DNA from: Myxococcota bacterium
GTDB taxonomy: Bacteria; Myxococcota_A; UBA9042; DTJE01
DNA length: 47,360 nt
Direction of reading: 5' to 3'
NCBI GenBank assembly: GCA_029975745.1
Contig: JARKOL010000044.1
Location: 1-47,360, forward strand
Shown here: one piece after another, positions 7,988 through 16,711 of the stretch
How positions within the stretch are numbered: the first letter of the stretch is position 1
Layout of the letters: the number at the start of each line of letters is the position of its first letter
Notes under the pieces: generated by a model
Told to the model about the DNA's origin: nothing
Seen by the model: only the letters and a program-made list of their open reading frames with translations
Database searches by the model: none
Program-made: the position numbers and the translations under genes

Positions 7988-10420
7988 ATGTCGTCCGCGG
8001 CGCCGCCGATCCAGTCGGCCTTCGTGGCCGTGCTTGCGGGCACCTGGGTCGCAGGGTGCCTGGGGCCCGTGCATGCGGCGGCGCTGGTGTCCCTGGTGTT
8101 CGTGCTGGCGAAGGGGGTGCTGCGTCTTCGGAGGCTTCGACCCGCGGGGATGCTGGCGCCGCTGGGCGTGCTGGCGCTGCTGGGGACCCTTCGGTTCGGC
8201 GCGGCCGGGGATGGCCAGGACATGCCGCCCTCCCAGGTGCGGACCGATGCGCCGGTCGTCGCGCGCATCCAGGTCGAGCGTGTGGCGCGACGGTCCGGGC
8301 GGGGCACGGCGGCCTGGGGGCGGGTGCTTGCGATTCGGGAGGGCCCCGAGTGGAGCGAATACTCGCCGTCGTTCCCTGTCGTGATTCGCCATGCCGGCCT
8401 GCTGCCGGTGGTCGCCGGAACCCATGTCGTGGCCCGGGGGCGCTTTCGCCCACGGGACGCCCGGTCCGACGCGGTGTCCGCCTCCTGGTTCCATCCCGGC
8501 GCCCCGCCGACCATCGCGGTCGGACGTCCGGCGGACTGCGTCGAGATCCTGTCGGGCGACACCCTGGCCTACCGCATCGATCGGGCGCGCCTGACCTTGA
8601 CGCTGCGGCTGCACGCGGCCCTGTCCGGGAACGTCCGGGACCTGGTGATCGCGGTCCTGCTGGGCGAGGGGGGCGGAATCGATCCGACGCTTCGCGAGGA
8701 CCTGTCGGTCCTGGGGACGGCCCACGTGCTGGCCGTGTCGGGTCTTCACGTCGCGGCGGCGGCATCGCTGGTCGGACTGCTGATCTATGGCCTGGCGGGA
8801 CCGGTGTGGATCCGCCTGGCCCCGGGGGCGAATCTGGTTCGGGTCGCCCTGGTGGCGGCGGCCCTGGCGGCGACAGGGATGGCGGCGATGGCCGGGTGGA
8901 CACCGTCGGCGACGCGGGCGGCGCTGATGTGCGTGGTCGGCACCGGGGCCGTCTGCGCGGGAAGGGGCCAGTCCCTGGCCTCGCTGGCATCGCTGGCCGC
9001 CACGGTCGGCATCCTTCGCGACCCGTCCGTGGCCTTTTCGCTGTCCTTCCTGATGTCGTACGGCGCCGTCTTCGGGCTGGCCTTCCTGGTGTCGCCGCTG
9101 GAGGCGCTGTTGCCGGGGCGGGGGCCCAGGCCGTCGCGGACGTCGTCCCGGCCTCGCCGGTGGCTCGGGGCCGCGCGCAGCGCGTTCGCCGCCTCGGTCG
9201 CGGCGACTCTGGGCACGTTGCCGACGACGATTCTGGCGTTCGGGGTGGCCTCGCCTCTAGGGCCCTGGATCAACCTGATCGTCTTGCCGACCGCCGCCGT
9301 CCTGCTGATGCCGTGCGCGCTGATGCTGGCCGCGACGGCCGCCCTTTGGCCCGGGTTCCTGCCCACGGTGGCGGGTCCGGCGGAGTGGCTGCTGGGGGGC
9401 TGGCTTCAGGCGCAGCAGTGGCTGTCCCGGGAACTGCCTTCCGCCGCCTGGGCGGCGTCGGTGCCGTCCCGGCTCCTGCTGCCCGCCGGCGCCTTGATGG
9501 TGTCGGTGCGTCTGGCCACCCGGCGGTGGATGCCGGCCCTTGTCTGCGGCCTGGCGCTTCTGGGCGTTCTGGGGGCGTCCCCTCGTCCGCCCCGGGTGCC
9601 CGCGGGCAGCGTGGCCGTCACGTTCCTGGACGTCGGCAAGGGGGACGCCGTGCTGGTCCACTGTCAGGACGGTGCGACCTGGCTTGTGGACACGGCCGAG
9701 GAGCGGGCGGGCCTGGCCTTCGGCGGGCTGGTCCCCACGCTGCGGGCTCTGGGAATCACCCGCCTGGAGGGCATCGTGCTGACCCACGCCGACGAGGACC
9801 ATGTGGGCGGGACGCTCGCGGTGGTCCGGGCGATGCCGGTGGGGCGCATCGTGACCTCGTGCGCCGCGATGGGCCAGGAGCCCCTGAAGACGATCCTCGC
9901 CCTGGCGGAAGAAGGCGTACACGAGATCGGGTGCCTGGAGGCGGGCGCGACCGCGCTGCCGGGATGCGGTGATGCCAGCACCGTCTTGTGGCCGCCCCCC
10001 GGGGAACACCAGCACCACCGGAACGCGGCCTCGCTGGTGTTTCGTCTGGAGGCGGGCGGGAACTCGATCCTGTTGACCGGCGACCTCGAAACGCCCCAGG
10101 AGTCCCTGCTGGTCGCCAGCGGCGTCGAGTTGCGGGCCGACGTGCTGAAGCTGGGACATCACGGCAGCCCTGGGGCCTCGTCCCCCGCATTCCTGCAGGC
10201 CGTTTCGCCCAGGCGCGTGATCGCCACGGGGGTGCCCGTGCGCGGGCGGCCCGAGATCTCGCCCGTCCTCGTGCAGCGGGTTGCGGCGATCGGGGCGCAT
10301 CTGGCCCGGACGTTCAGGACGGGATGGATTCGAATCGGACCCTGGCCGGTGGGCAAGGTGGGGGTTCTGGCAGAAAAAAGGATTGAAACAGGATCAGACT
10401 CGGTCAATTTCGGGGAGTGA
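7988..10420 (+). CDS. comEC: DNA internalization competence protein ComEC/Rec2
   Basis: Competence domain GTAHVLAVSGLHV; C-terminal metallo-beta-lactamase motifs LDVGKGDA, THADEDHVGG, LLTGD, KLGHHGS. Confidence 0.93.
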   Translation: MSSAAPPIQSAFVAVLAGTWVAGCLGPVHAAALVSLVFVLAKGVLRLRRLRPAGMLAPLGVLALLGTLRFGAAGDGQDMPPSQVRTDAPVVARIQVERVARRSGRGTAAWGRVLAIREGPEWSEYSPSFPVVIRHAGLLPVVAGTHVVARGRFRPRDARSDAVSASWFHPGAPPTIAVGRPADCVEILSGDTLAYRIDRARLTLTLRLHAALSGNVRDLVIAVLLGEGGGIDPTLREDLSVLGTAHVLAVSGLHVAAAASLVGLLIYGLAGPVWIRLAPGANLVRVALVAAALAATGMAAMAGWTPSATRAALMCVVGTGAVCAGRGQSLASLASLAATVGILRDPSVAFSLSFLMSYGAVFGLAFLVSPLEALLPGRGPRPSRTSSRPRRWLGAARSAFAASVAATLGTLPTTILAFGVASPLGPWINLIVLPTAAVLLMPCALMLAATAALWPGFLPTVAGPAEWLLGGWLQAQQWLSRELPSAAWAASVPSRLLLPAGALMVSVRLATRRWMPALVCGLALLGVLGASPRPPRVPAGSVAVTFLDVGKGDAVLVHCQDGATWLVDTAEERAGLAFGGLVPTLRALGITRLEGIVLTHADEDHVGGTLAVVRAMPVGRIVTSCAAMGQEPLKTILALAEEGVHEIGCLEAGATALPGCGDASTVLWPPPGEHQHHRNAASLVFRLEAGGNSILLTGDLETPQESLLVASGVELRADVLKLGHHGSPGASSPAFLQAVSPRRVIATGVPVRGRPEISPVLVQRVAAIGAHLARTFRTGWIRIGPWPVGKVGVLAEKRIETGSDSVNFGE

Positions 10421-10730
10421 TGCAGTGGGCTTGCGGCGTGTCGCAGTCGCAATTTGGAAAATTTCCGGTGGCAAATCAATTGCTTAGGTGGCAGAAGTGC
10501 GCGGAGTGGCTATTTGCTTGGGGAAACGTTGTCCGCGGTGGATCTAAATATCGGAAATTAAAGCAAAAAAGGTTGTGAGTTCCGGGGGCATTCATGGCGT
10601 GCCCCGGAAAGCAAGAAAAATTCACGCTTCAATGAAATCAAGGATATGAGTGGTCTTGTGGGGTTGTCGAAAATCCATGGTGCAAAAAGGATCTGGAACA
10701 GTTACAAAACAGGAGAATTCTTCTGAGAGG
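10417..10730 (+). promoter_or_regulatory. AT-rich dcw promoter region with GTGG-type repeats (candidate MraZ boxes) and an inverted repeat at 10580-10609
   Basis: Markedly lower GC than its flanks; GTGG/GTCG at 10650, 10658, 10666 and at 10468, 10488, 10506; TTCCGGGGGCA...TGCCCCGGAA hairpin. Confidence 0.5.
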
Positions 10731-10739
10731 CCCCTGGCC

Positions 10740-11267
10740 ATGGGCGCGCCGCTCAAAAACGGACCTCGAACCGCCCTGTACGGGACGTCCGAAGTGGCAC
10801 TGGACCGGAGCTCCGGTCGCTTCAACGTGCCGTCGGACATGGACCAACTGAAGGGCGAGACGGTCCAGTTCACCCGGGACCCCCTGGGTCGATTCCTGGA
10901 AGTCCGCCTGCGCGACGACTACATCGCCTTCGCGTCGCGGATGGAATCCGTCGCGGCGACCCTCGACCTGGAGGCCGCCAACGCGATCCTGGTCGATTAT
11001 GTGGGATTCACCATCCAGGCGCTAGTGGACAACAATCTGCGCCTGATCATTCCGAAGCGGATGCGCGAGACGCTGGGCGACACGTCCTCGATCGTGCTGG
11101 TGGGCGTGGGCGATGCGCTCCAGATCTGGCCGGCCAAGACCTACAACGACACGAAGGCCCAGCGCGAGCAGGCGTTGCGCGCCGCCTTCGGGCAGATCGG
11201 CAAGTCCATCCTGTTGCGGCAGGGCATGGCGGGCGCGGACGACGCGGCCGTCGGGGGAGCGGCATGA
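10740..11267 (+). CDS. mraZ: Division/cell wall cluster transcriptional repressor MraZ (divergent); alternative start ATG 10677
   Basis: Two SpoVT-AbrB-like repeats (LDRSSGRFNVP; VDNNLRLIIPKRMR...VLVGVGDALQIW); position immediately before rsmH. Confidence 0.8.
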   Translation: MGAPLKNGPRTALYGTSEVALDRSSGRFNVPSDMDQLKGETVQFTRDPLGRFLEVRLRDDYIAFASRMESVAATLDLEAANAILVDYVGFTIQALVDNNLRLIIPKRMRETLGDTSSIVLVGVGDALQIWPAKTYNDTKAQREQALRAAFGQIGKSILLRQGMAGADDAAVGGAA

Positions 11268-12211
11268 ACGACCGGCGCGCCGTCGTCCAGCCTGGTTCAG
11301 GGACCCGCCCGCAGGAACACGTAAGCGTCATGGCAGAGGAGATCATCAGCCTGCTGGCCCCCGTGCCCGCCGGTGTGGCGGCCGATGGGACGCTGGGGCG
11401 CGCCGGTCACACCCGACTGTCCCTGGAGCGCCTGGGCCAGATTCGCCTGATGCTGGGGCTGGACCGGGACGGCGAGGCCATCGCGGCGTGCCGGGAGATC
11501 CTGGAGCCCTACGCGGAACGCTGCCGCCTGGTCCATCGCGGCTACGAGGAACTGGCCGATGTCCTGATCGAGCTGGGCATTGACGGCCTGGTGGGCGTGA
11601 TCCTGGATCTGGGGCTGTCCAGCGCCCAACTGGCTTCGGAGCGGGGCTTTTCGTTCCGGCCGGGCCAGCCCCTGGACATGCGCTTCGATGGCGAGGGCGA
11701 CGATCCCACCGCGGCGGAACTGATTGCCCACATGCCCGAGGCGGAACTGGCCCAGCGCCTGTGGGAACTGGCCGAGGTGCCCGCGGCCCGGCGGCTGGCG
11801 AAGCGCCTGAAGGAACGGTCTCGCGCGGGCCGGATGGAGACCACGGACGACCTGGTGGCGGCCTGCACCGAGGTGCTGGGCCCCCGCGTTCGGAAGATGG
11901 CCAGCGCGACGCTTCCGGCCCAGGCCTTGCGGATGATGACGAACCGCGAACTGGATCGCCTGACCCGCTTTCTGGACTCGATTCCGTCGATTCTGGCGCC
12001 CGGGGGACGTGTCGTGATCCTGTCCTTCCATTCCGGCGAGGATCGCCTGGTCAAGATGGCCTTTCGCCGCTACGCGGCCACGGGGGCCTTCCACATGCCG
12101 GTGCGCAAGGCGCTGCGTCCCGGTCCCGCGGAGGTGGATGCCAATCGCAGGGCCCGCAGCGCGAAGTGTCGCGTGCTGGAACGCTGCCTGCCCGAGGAGG
12201 TGGCCGCATGA
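11264..12211 (+). CDS. rsmH: 16S rRNA m4C1402 methyltransferase RsmH (MraW)
   Basis: HVSVM, DGTLGRAGHT, DLGLSSAQL, RGFSF, PLDMR, SFHSGEDRLVK, NRRARSAK. Confidence 0.95.
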   Translation: MNDRRAVVQPGSGTRPQEHVSVMAEEIISLLAPVPAGVAADGTLGRAGHTRLSLERLGQIRLMLGLDRDGEAIAACREILEPYAERCRLVHRGYEELADVLIELGIDGLVGVILDLGLSSAQLASERGFSFRPGQPLDMRFDGEGDDPTAAELIAHMPEAELAQRLWELAEVPAARRLAKRLKERSRAGRMETTDDLVAACTEVLGPRVRKMASATLPAQALRMMTNRELDRLTRFLDSIPSILAPGGRVVILSFHSGEDRLVKMAFRRYAATGAFHMPVRKALRPGPAEVDANRRARSAKCRVLERCLPEEVAA

Positions 12212-12516
12212 ATCGTCCACGCATCACGAACGCCGGCGCCGCCCTGGGGATCCTGGTGGCCATGGCCCTGGTGATCGGGATCGGCGCCCAGCACGTGTGG
12301 TCCGTCCAGAAGGAAATGGTGCTGCGTCACCTGGTCTTCCGGGAGGTTCAGGTCAATCGGGACCAGCGGCTGCAAAGGGACGAGATGGAACGGCGCCAGG
12401 CCGAAATGAAGGCCTCGACGCGCGTACGGCTGCACGCGAACGGCATGGGGATGCGGCCGCCGCAGCCTGACGAACGGATTCACGTGGGGCCGGCGGAGGG
12501 GGACAGCAAGCGATGA
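12208..12516 (+). CDS. ftsL: FtsL-like cell division protein
   Basis: 102 aa with a single TM, a coiled coil and a GMRPP tail; canonical position after rsmH. Confidence 0.75.
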   Translation: MNRPRITNAGAALGILVAMALVIGIGAQHVWSVQKEMVLRHLVFREVQVNRDQRLQRDEMERRQAEMKASTRVRLHANGMGMRPPQPDERIHVGPAEGDSKR

Positions 12517-13298
12517 GCCGTTGCGTCGCGAACATCGCCGTCGAGCGTGGGATGCGGGGAGCCGGGTGGCGCCTTGGGGCGCTCCTGGTGGTCCTGGTCG
12601 CCTCGGCGTGCTCGGGCCCCGGCGTCTCGGACGAGGATCGCGCGAAGGCCGACTACTCGTTCCGGCTGGCCTCGAACTACTATGCGGACCGCAACATGGC
12701 GATGACCCAGCGGGAGCTGCACAACGCGCTCCAGCGGGACCCCGAGCATGTCCAGGCCCTGAATCTGCGGGGCTTCATGCGGATGGGGCTGAAGGATCTT
12801 TCGGGGGCCATCGCCGACTTCCAGGCCGTTCTGCGCATCGACCCGAACTTCCAGGAGTCCCGCAACAACCTCGGATCCGCGCTGATCGCCTCGGGCCGAT
12901 ACGACGAGGCCATCGAGGTGCTGAAGCCCCTGCTGGAGGATCCCCTGTATCCGACTCCGGCATTCGCGCATGGCAACATTGGATGGGCCTATTTCCAGGT
13001 CCAGGATCTGTCTTCCGCGCGCCGCCACATCGAGATGGCGGTGTTCCTAAATCCGCGATTCTGTGTCGGATTCAACAACCTGGGCCAGGTTCACAAGGCC
13101 ATCGGCAACCGGCGCGACGCGATTTCGGCCTTCGAGAAGGCCGCGCGGACGTGCCCGCAGTACGCCGAGCCGTTCTATCACCTCGGGGTGATCCTGCAGG
13201 AGGCGGGCGAGATGGAACGCGCCGAAGAGGCGTTCCGGAAGTGCGCCGAACTGGCACCCGAGACGACGATCGGCCGGCGCTGTTCCGTGCGCCGCTAG
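12513..13298 (+). CDS. tgl: TPR lipoprotein, Tgl/PilF/PilW-type type IV pilus secretin pilotin
   Basis: Lipobox VASAC; TPRs; motifs LYPTP..AHGNIGWAY, NPRFC.G..NLG, CP..AE and C-terminal Cys residues, which resemble Myxococcus Tgl as recalled. Confidence 0.8.
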   Translation: MSRCVANIAVERGMRGAGWRLGALLVVLVASACSGPGVSDEDRAKADYSFRLASNYYADRNMAMTQRELHNALQRDPEHVQALNLRGFMRMGLKDLSGAIADFQAVLRIDPNFQESRNNLGSALIASGRYDEAIEVLKPLLEDPLYPTPAFAHGNIGWAYFQVQDLSSARRHIEMAVFLNPRFCVGFNNLGQVHKAIGNRRDAISAFEKAARTCPQYAEPFYHLGVILQEAGEMERAEEAFRKCAELAPETTIGRRCSVRR

Positions 13299-13361
13299 GC
13301 GGTTGGGTCGCGGCAACCTCGGTCGGGGCGGGGAATCAGCCCCAGGCGTGACAGGTGCGGA

Positions 13362-15218
13362 ATGCGGATTCGGGAAAGACTGCTGCGCGCGGAGCGATGG
13401 ATCGCGGGAACCGACGACGGGGTCCGGGGGCCCGTGGTCAAGCGCATGGCACTGGTCCTGTCGGCGGTCGTCGGCATGATGATCGGCATCGTGGCCCAGG
13501 CGGCGAACTACCAGATTTCCGAAAAGGACACGCTGATCGGTCGCCACCAGAACATGGTCAGCAGTCGCTTCACGGTGACCGGGCGCCGGGGGGACATCCT
13601 GGATCGCACGGGGCGTCGGCTGCTGGCGATCACCGCCCCGGATCCGAAGGTCGTATTTCGCGGGGCGCCGGCCAACATCAATCGTTCGCAGATGGCCTAT
13701 CACCTGGCTGCGGCGCTCTCGCTGGACGAGGAGAAGCTGAAGAACCGGCTGCTGGCCGCGCAGGAATACCTGCTGATCAAGGAGCACCTGACCCCCCAGG
13801 AGGTCGAGGACGTGCGGCAACTGGGGTTCCAGGGCGTGTCGATCGAGAACGACTACCACCGGATGTACCCCCTGCACGAGGTGTTCGGATCGGTGATGGG
13901 CTATCTGTCCGTCCCCGAGCCCGAGGAGGTGGAGGCGGGGGTCAAGGACTCGCTGGTGGCGCGGCGCGGGCTGGAGAAGCAGTACGACGAGCTGCTGAAG
14001 GCCCGGGGCCGCACCGTCGATGTCGTGCGGGACAGCGGCAGGCGTCGCTTCTTCCAGGGGGCGGTCGGCGACGGCTGGGATCTGGACGGAGCGGATCTGG
14101 TCCTGAACATCGACTTGCAGGTGCAGATGGCGCTGGACGAGGCGCTGGTGGCGCGGGTCGAGCAGGAGCAGGCCGTGGGCGCGATGGGCGTGGTTCTGGA
14201 TGCACGCACCGGCGCGGTCCTGGCGATGAGCAGCATTCCCGCCCTGGACCCGAATGCGTTCCACGTGGGATGCGCGGCCAAGTCGGGCCAGTTGGACGCC
14301 GGCGACAATCCCTGCCGCAACAAGGTCATTGAGTTCCGGTTCGAACCGGGATCCGTCGGCAAGATGCTGACGGCGTACATCGGATTCGACGTCGGGGCGT
14401 TCCATCCGTCCACGCCGGTCAGCGGTCACGGCGGTCGGTGCAAGGTCGGCAAGTTCACCATCGAGGACGTCCACAAGGGCGGCGACATGACGATGATCGA
14501 TGCCTTCCGCCACTCGTCGAACTGCGCGTTCGCGGACCTGGGCTGGATGATCGGGCCCGAGCGGATGCGGGCGGGCCTGGCGCGCCTGGGAATCGGGGCG
14601 CGAACCGGCGTGGACCTGCCCGGCGAGGCCCGGGGGCGCCTGCCTCCCCAGAAGGAATTCGGCCTGACGCTGACCAAGACGGCCTCGTACGGCTACGGCT
14701 ACAGCACGAACCTGCTGACCCTGGCCAATGTCGTGGCGACCATCACGATGGACGGCCTGAAGCCCGTGCCCCGCGTGGCGCGCGAAGTTCGGCCGGCGTC
14801 GCGGGACCGGATCCTGCCCGTCCCGGCAGAGGCGCCGGAGCGCACGATGTCCGTCCAGGCGTCCCGCGCGATGCGCCGGGTGATGACCGAGGCGATCATG
14901 CACGTCGATCCCGACAACCCTCGCAAGCGCCACCCGGCACGTCCTGAAGGCTACTCGGCGGGCGGCAAGACGGGGACGACCCGTTGGAACCTGGACGGCA
15001 AGGGATACTCGAAGAAGCGCTACATGTGTTCGTTCGTGGGGTTTGCTCCTGCCGAGGACCCCGCGATCGTGGTGGCGATCACGGTGCTGGATCCCCAGAA
15101 GAACAAGCTGGCGGCGGCCGTCACGGGACCGGCGTTCCGGCAGAGCGTCGAGCGGATCCTGCCGATCCTGGGCGTGGCGGCGACCCCGTCCCAGGTCGCC
15201 ACCGGGGGAGCACGATGA
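13362..15218 (+). CDS. ftsI: Septal peptidoglycan transpeptidase FtsI/PBP3
   Basis: RRGDILDRTG, SxxK (EPGSVGK), SxN (HSSN), KTG (GKTGT); single N-terminal TM. Confidence 0.92.
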   Translation: MRIRERLLRAERWIAGTDDGVRGPVVKRMALVLSAVVGMMIGIVAQAANYQISEKDTLIGRHQNMVSSRFTVTGRRGDILDRTGRRLLAITAPDPKVVFRGAPANINRSQMAYHLAAALSLDEEKLKNRLLAAQEYLLIKEHLTPQEVEDVRQLGFQGVSIENDYHRMYPLHEVFGSVMGYLSVPEPEEVEAGVKDSLVARRGLEKQYDELLKARGRTVDVVRDSGRRRFFQGAVGDGWDLDGADLVLNIDLQVQMALDEALVARVEQEQAVGAMGVVLDARTGAVLAMSSIPALDPNAFHVGCAAKSGQLDAGDNPCRNKVIEFRFEPGSVGKMLTAYIGFDVGAFHPSTPVSGHGGRCKVGKFTIEDVHKGGDMTMIDAFRHSSNCAFADLGWMIGPERMRAGLARLGIGARTGVDLPGEARGRLPPQKEFGLTLTKTASYGYGYSTNLLTLANVVATITMDGLKPVPRVAREVRPASRDRILPVPAEAPERTMSVQASRAMRRVMTEAIMHVDPDNPRKRHPARPEGYSAGGKTGTTRWNLDGKGYSKKRYMCSFVGFAPAEDPAIVVAITVLDPQKNKLAAAVTGPAFRQSVERILPILGVAATPSQVATGGAR

Positions 15219-16711
15219 TGTCGGGCCCCATCGACCGAAACTGGATGAACGAACTGGCCGCCGGGATGGGGTGCGGCGAGGTCGGGGGAATCCGCGGTGT
15301 CACTTCGGACTCCCGGAAGGTCCAGCCGGGGTGGGTCTTCGTGGCGGTTCCCGGCGGCCGGATTGACGGACATGATTTCATCCAGGCCGCCGTACGCGCG
15401 GGCGCCTCGGCCGTGGTCGTCCAGCGTCCCGTGACCGGGTTGGACGTCCCGGTCTTCCAGGTCAGCGACGCCCGCCTGGCGCTTGCCCACCTGGCCTGGG
15501 CGACTCGGGGGGACCCGACGGCCCAGTTCCGCCTGGTTGGAATCACCGGGACGGACGGCAAGTCGTCCACGGCGATGCTGATCGAGTCGGGCTTCACTGG
15601 ATGCGGCCTGGTCACCGGGCTGATCGGCACGGTCGAGTACCGGGTGGCGGGCCAGTCGGTCGCCGCCTCGATGACGACGCCCGATCCCGAGACGCTGGCG
15701 GACCTGTTCGCCCGGATGGTCAAGGCGCGCGTCGCTGCCGTGGCGATGGAGGTTTCCTCCCACGCACTGGATCAGCGTCGTGTCGATGGCTGCCGGTTCG
15801 ACTGCGCCATCCTGACGAATCGGACGCGTGACCACCTGGACTACCACGGCACGGTCGAGGCCTACGAGGACGCGAAGCTGCGCCTGTTCTCGCAGGTGCT
15901 GCCCGACAGTCCCGATGCCTCGGGCGCCGTGGCGAATCGGGACGACGCGATGTTCCCGCGCATCGCCGCGGCCTCGGCGCTGCCGCTGTTCGGCTTCTCG
16001 ATGGACCCGGCCAGCGATGCGGCGATTGCGCCGATCGACGCGGCGTTCGATCTGGACGGACTGCGCGCCACCCTTCGGACCCCATGGGGGCGGTTCGCGA
16101 TCACCAGTCGCCTGATCGGGCGCCACAACCTGCAGAACATCATGGCCGCGATTGGCGCCGCGGGAGTGCTGGGCCTGCCGCTGGAGTCGTTCGTGCGGGG
16201 CGTGTGCGCCCTGGAACGGATTCCGGGGCGCCTGGAGGCCGTTCGAGGGCGTCGTCCCGTACGCGTGCTGGTCGATTACGCACACACCGCCGATGCCATT
16301 CACGGCACCCTGTCGGTGCTGCGGGCCCTTGGGGGCCGCACGCCCTTGACCGCGGTGATCGGCGCCGGGGGCGATCGGGACCCCGGCAAGCGTCCCCTGA
16401 TGGGGCGCGCCGCGGCGCTGCTGGCCGACCGGATCGTGGTGACTTCCGACAATCCGCGGTCCGAGGATCCCCGGGCCATCGTGGACCAGGTGGTGGCCGG
16501 CATCGCGCAGGCGAGGGCCCAGGGGCTGACGACGGGCCAGGTCGTGATCGAGGTGGATCGTCGCGAGGCGATCCGCCGAGCCATCCACGAGGCGCAGGAG
16601 GGCGAGACCGTCCTGATCGCGGGCAAGGGGCACGAGACGACGCAGGACTTCGGGACGCACCGGATCCACTTCAGCGACGTGGAAACGGCACAGGAGTATC
16701 TGGACGCATGA
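15215..16711 (+). CDS. murE: UDP-MurNAc-L-Ala-D-Glu--meso-DAP ligase MurE
   Basis: GITGTDGKSS, TTPD, MEVSSHAL, DHLDYH, VDYAHT, DNPR (DAP specificity), AGKGHE. Confidence 0.96.
   Translation: MMSGPIDRNWMNELAAGMGCGEVGGIRGVTSDSRKVQPGWVFVAVPGGRIDGHDFIQAAVRAGASAVVVQRPVTGLDVPVFQVSDARLALAHLAWATRGDPTAQFRLVGITGTDGKSSTAMLIESGFTGCGLVTGLIGTVEYRVAGQSVAASMTTPDPETLADLFARMVKARVAAVAMEVSSHALDQRRVDGCRFDCAILTNRTRDHLDYHGTVEAYEDAKLRLFSQVLPDSPDASGAVANRDDAMFPRIAAASALPLFGFSMDPASDAAIAPIDAAFDLDGLRATLRTPWGRFAITSRLIGRHNLQNIMAAIGAAGVLGLPLESFVRGVCALERIPGRLEAVRGRRPVRVLVDYAHTADAIHGTLSVLRALGGRTPLTAVIGAGGDRDPGKRPLMGRAAALLADRIVVTSDNPRSEDPRAIVDQVVAGIAQARAQGLTTGQVVIEVDRREAIRRAIHEAQEGETVLIAGKGHETTQDFGTHRIHFSDVETAQEYLDA

Noticed and set aside
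10420-10740. AT-rich region as a replication origin
   Set aside because: No good TTATCCACA DnaA boxes; its position before mraZ fits a promoter region
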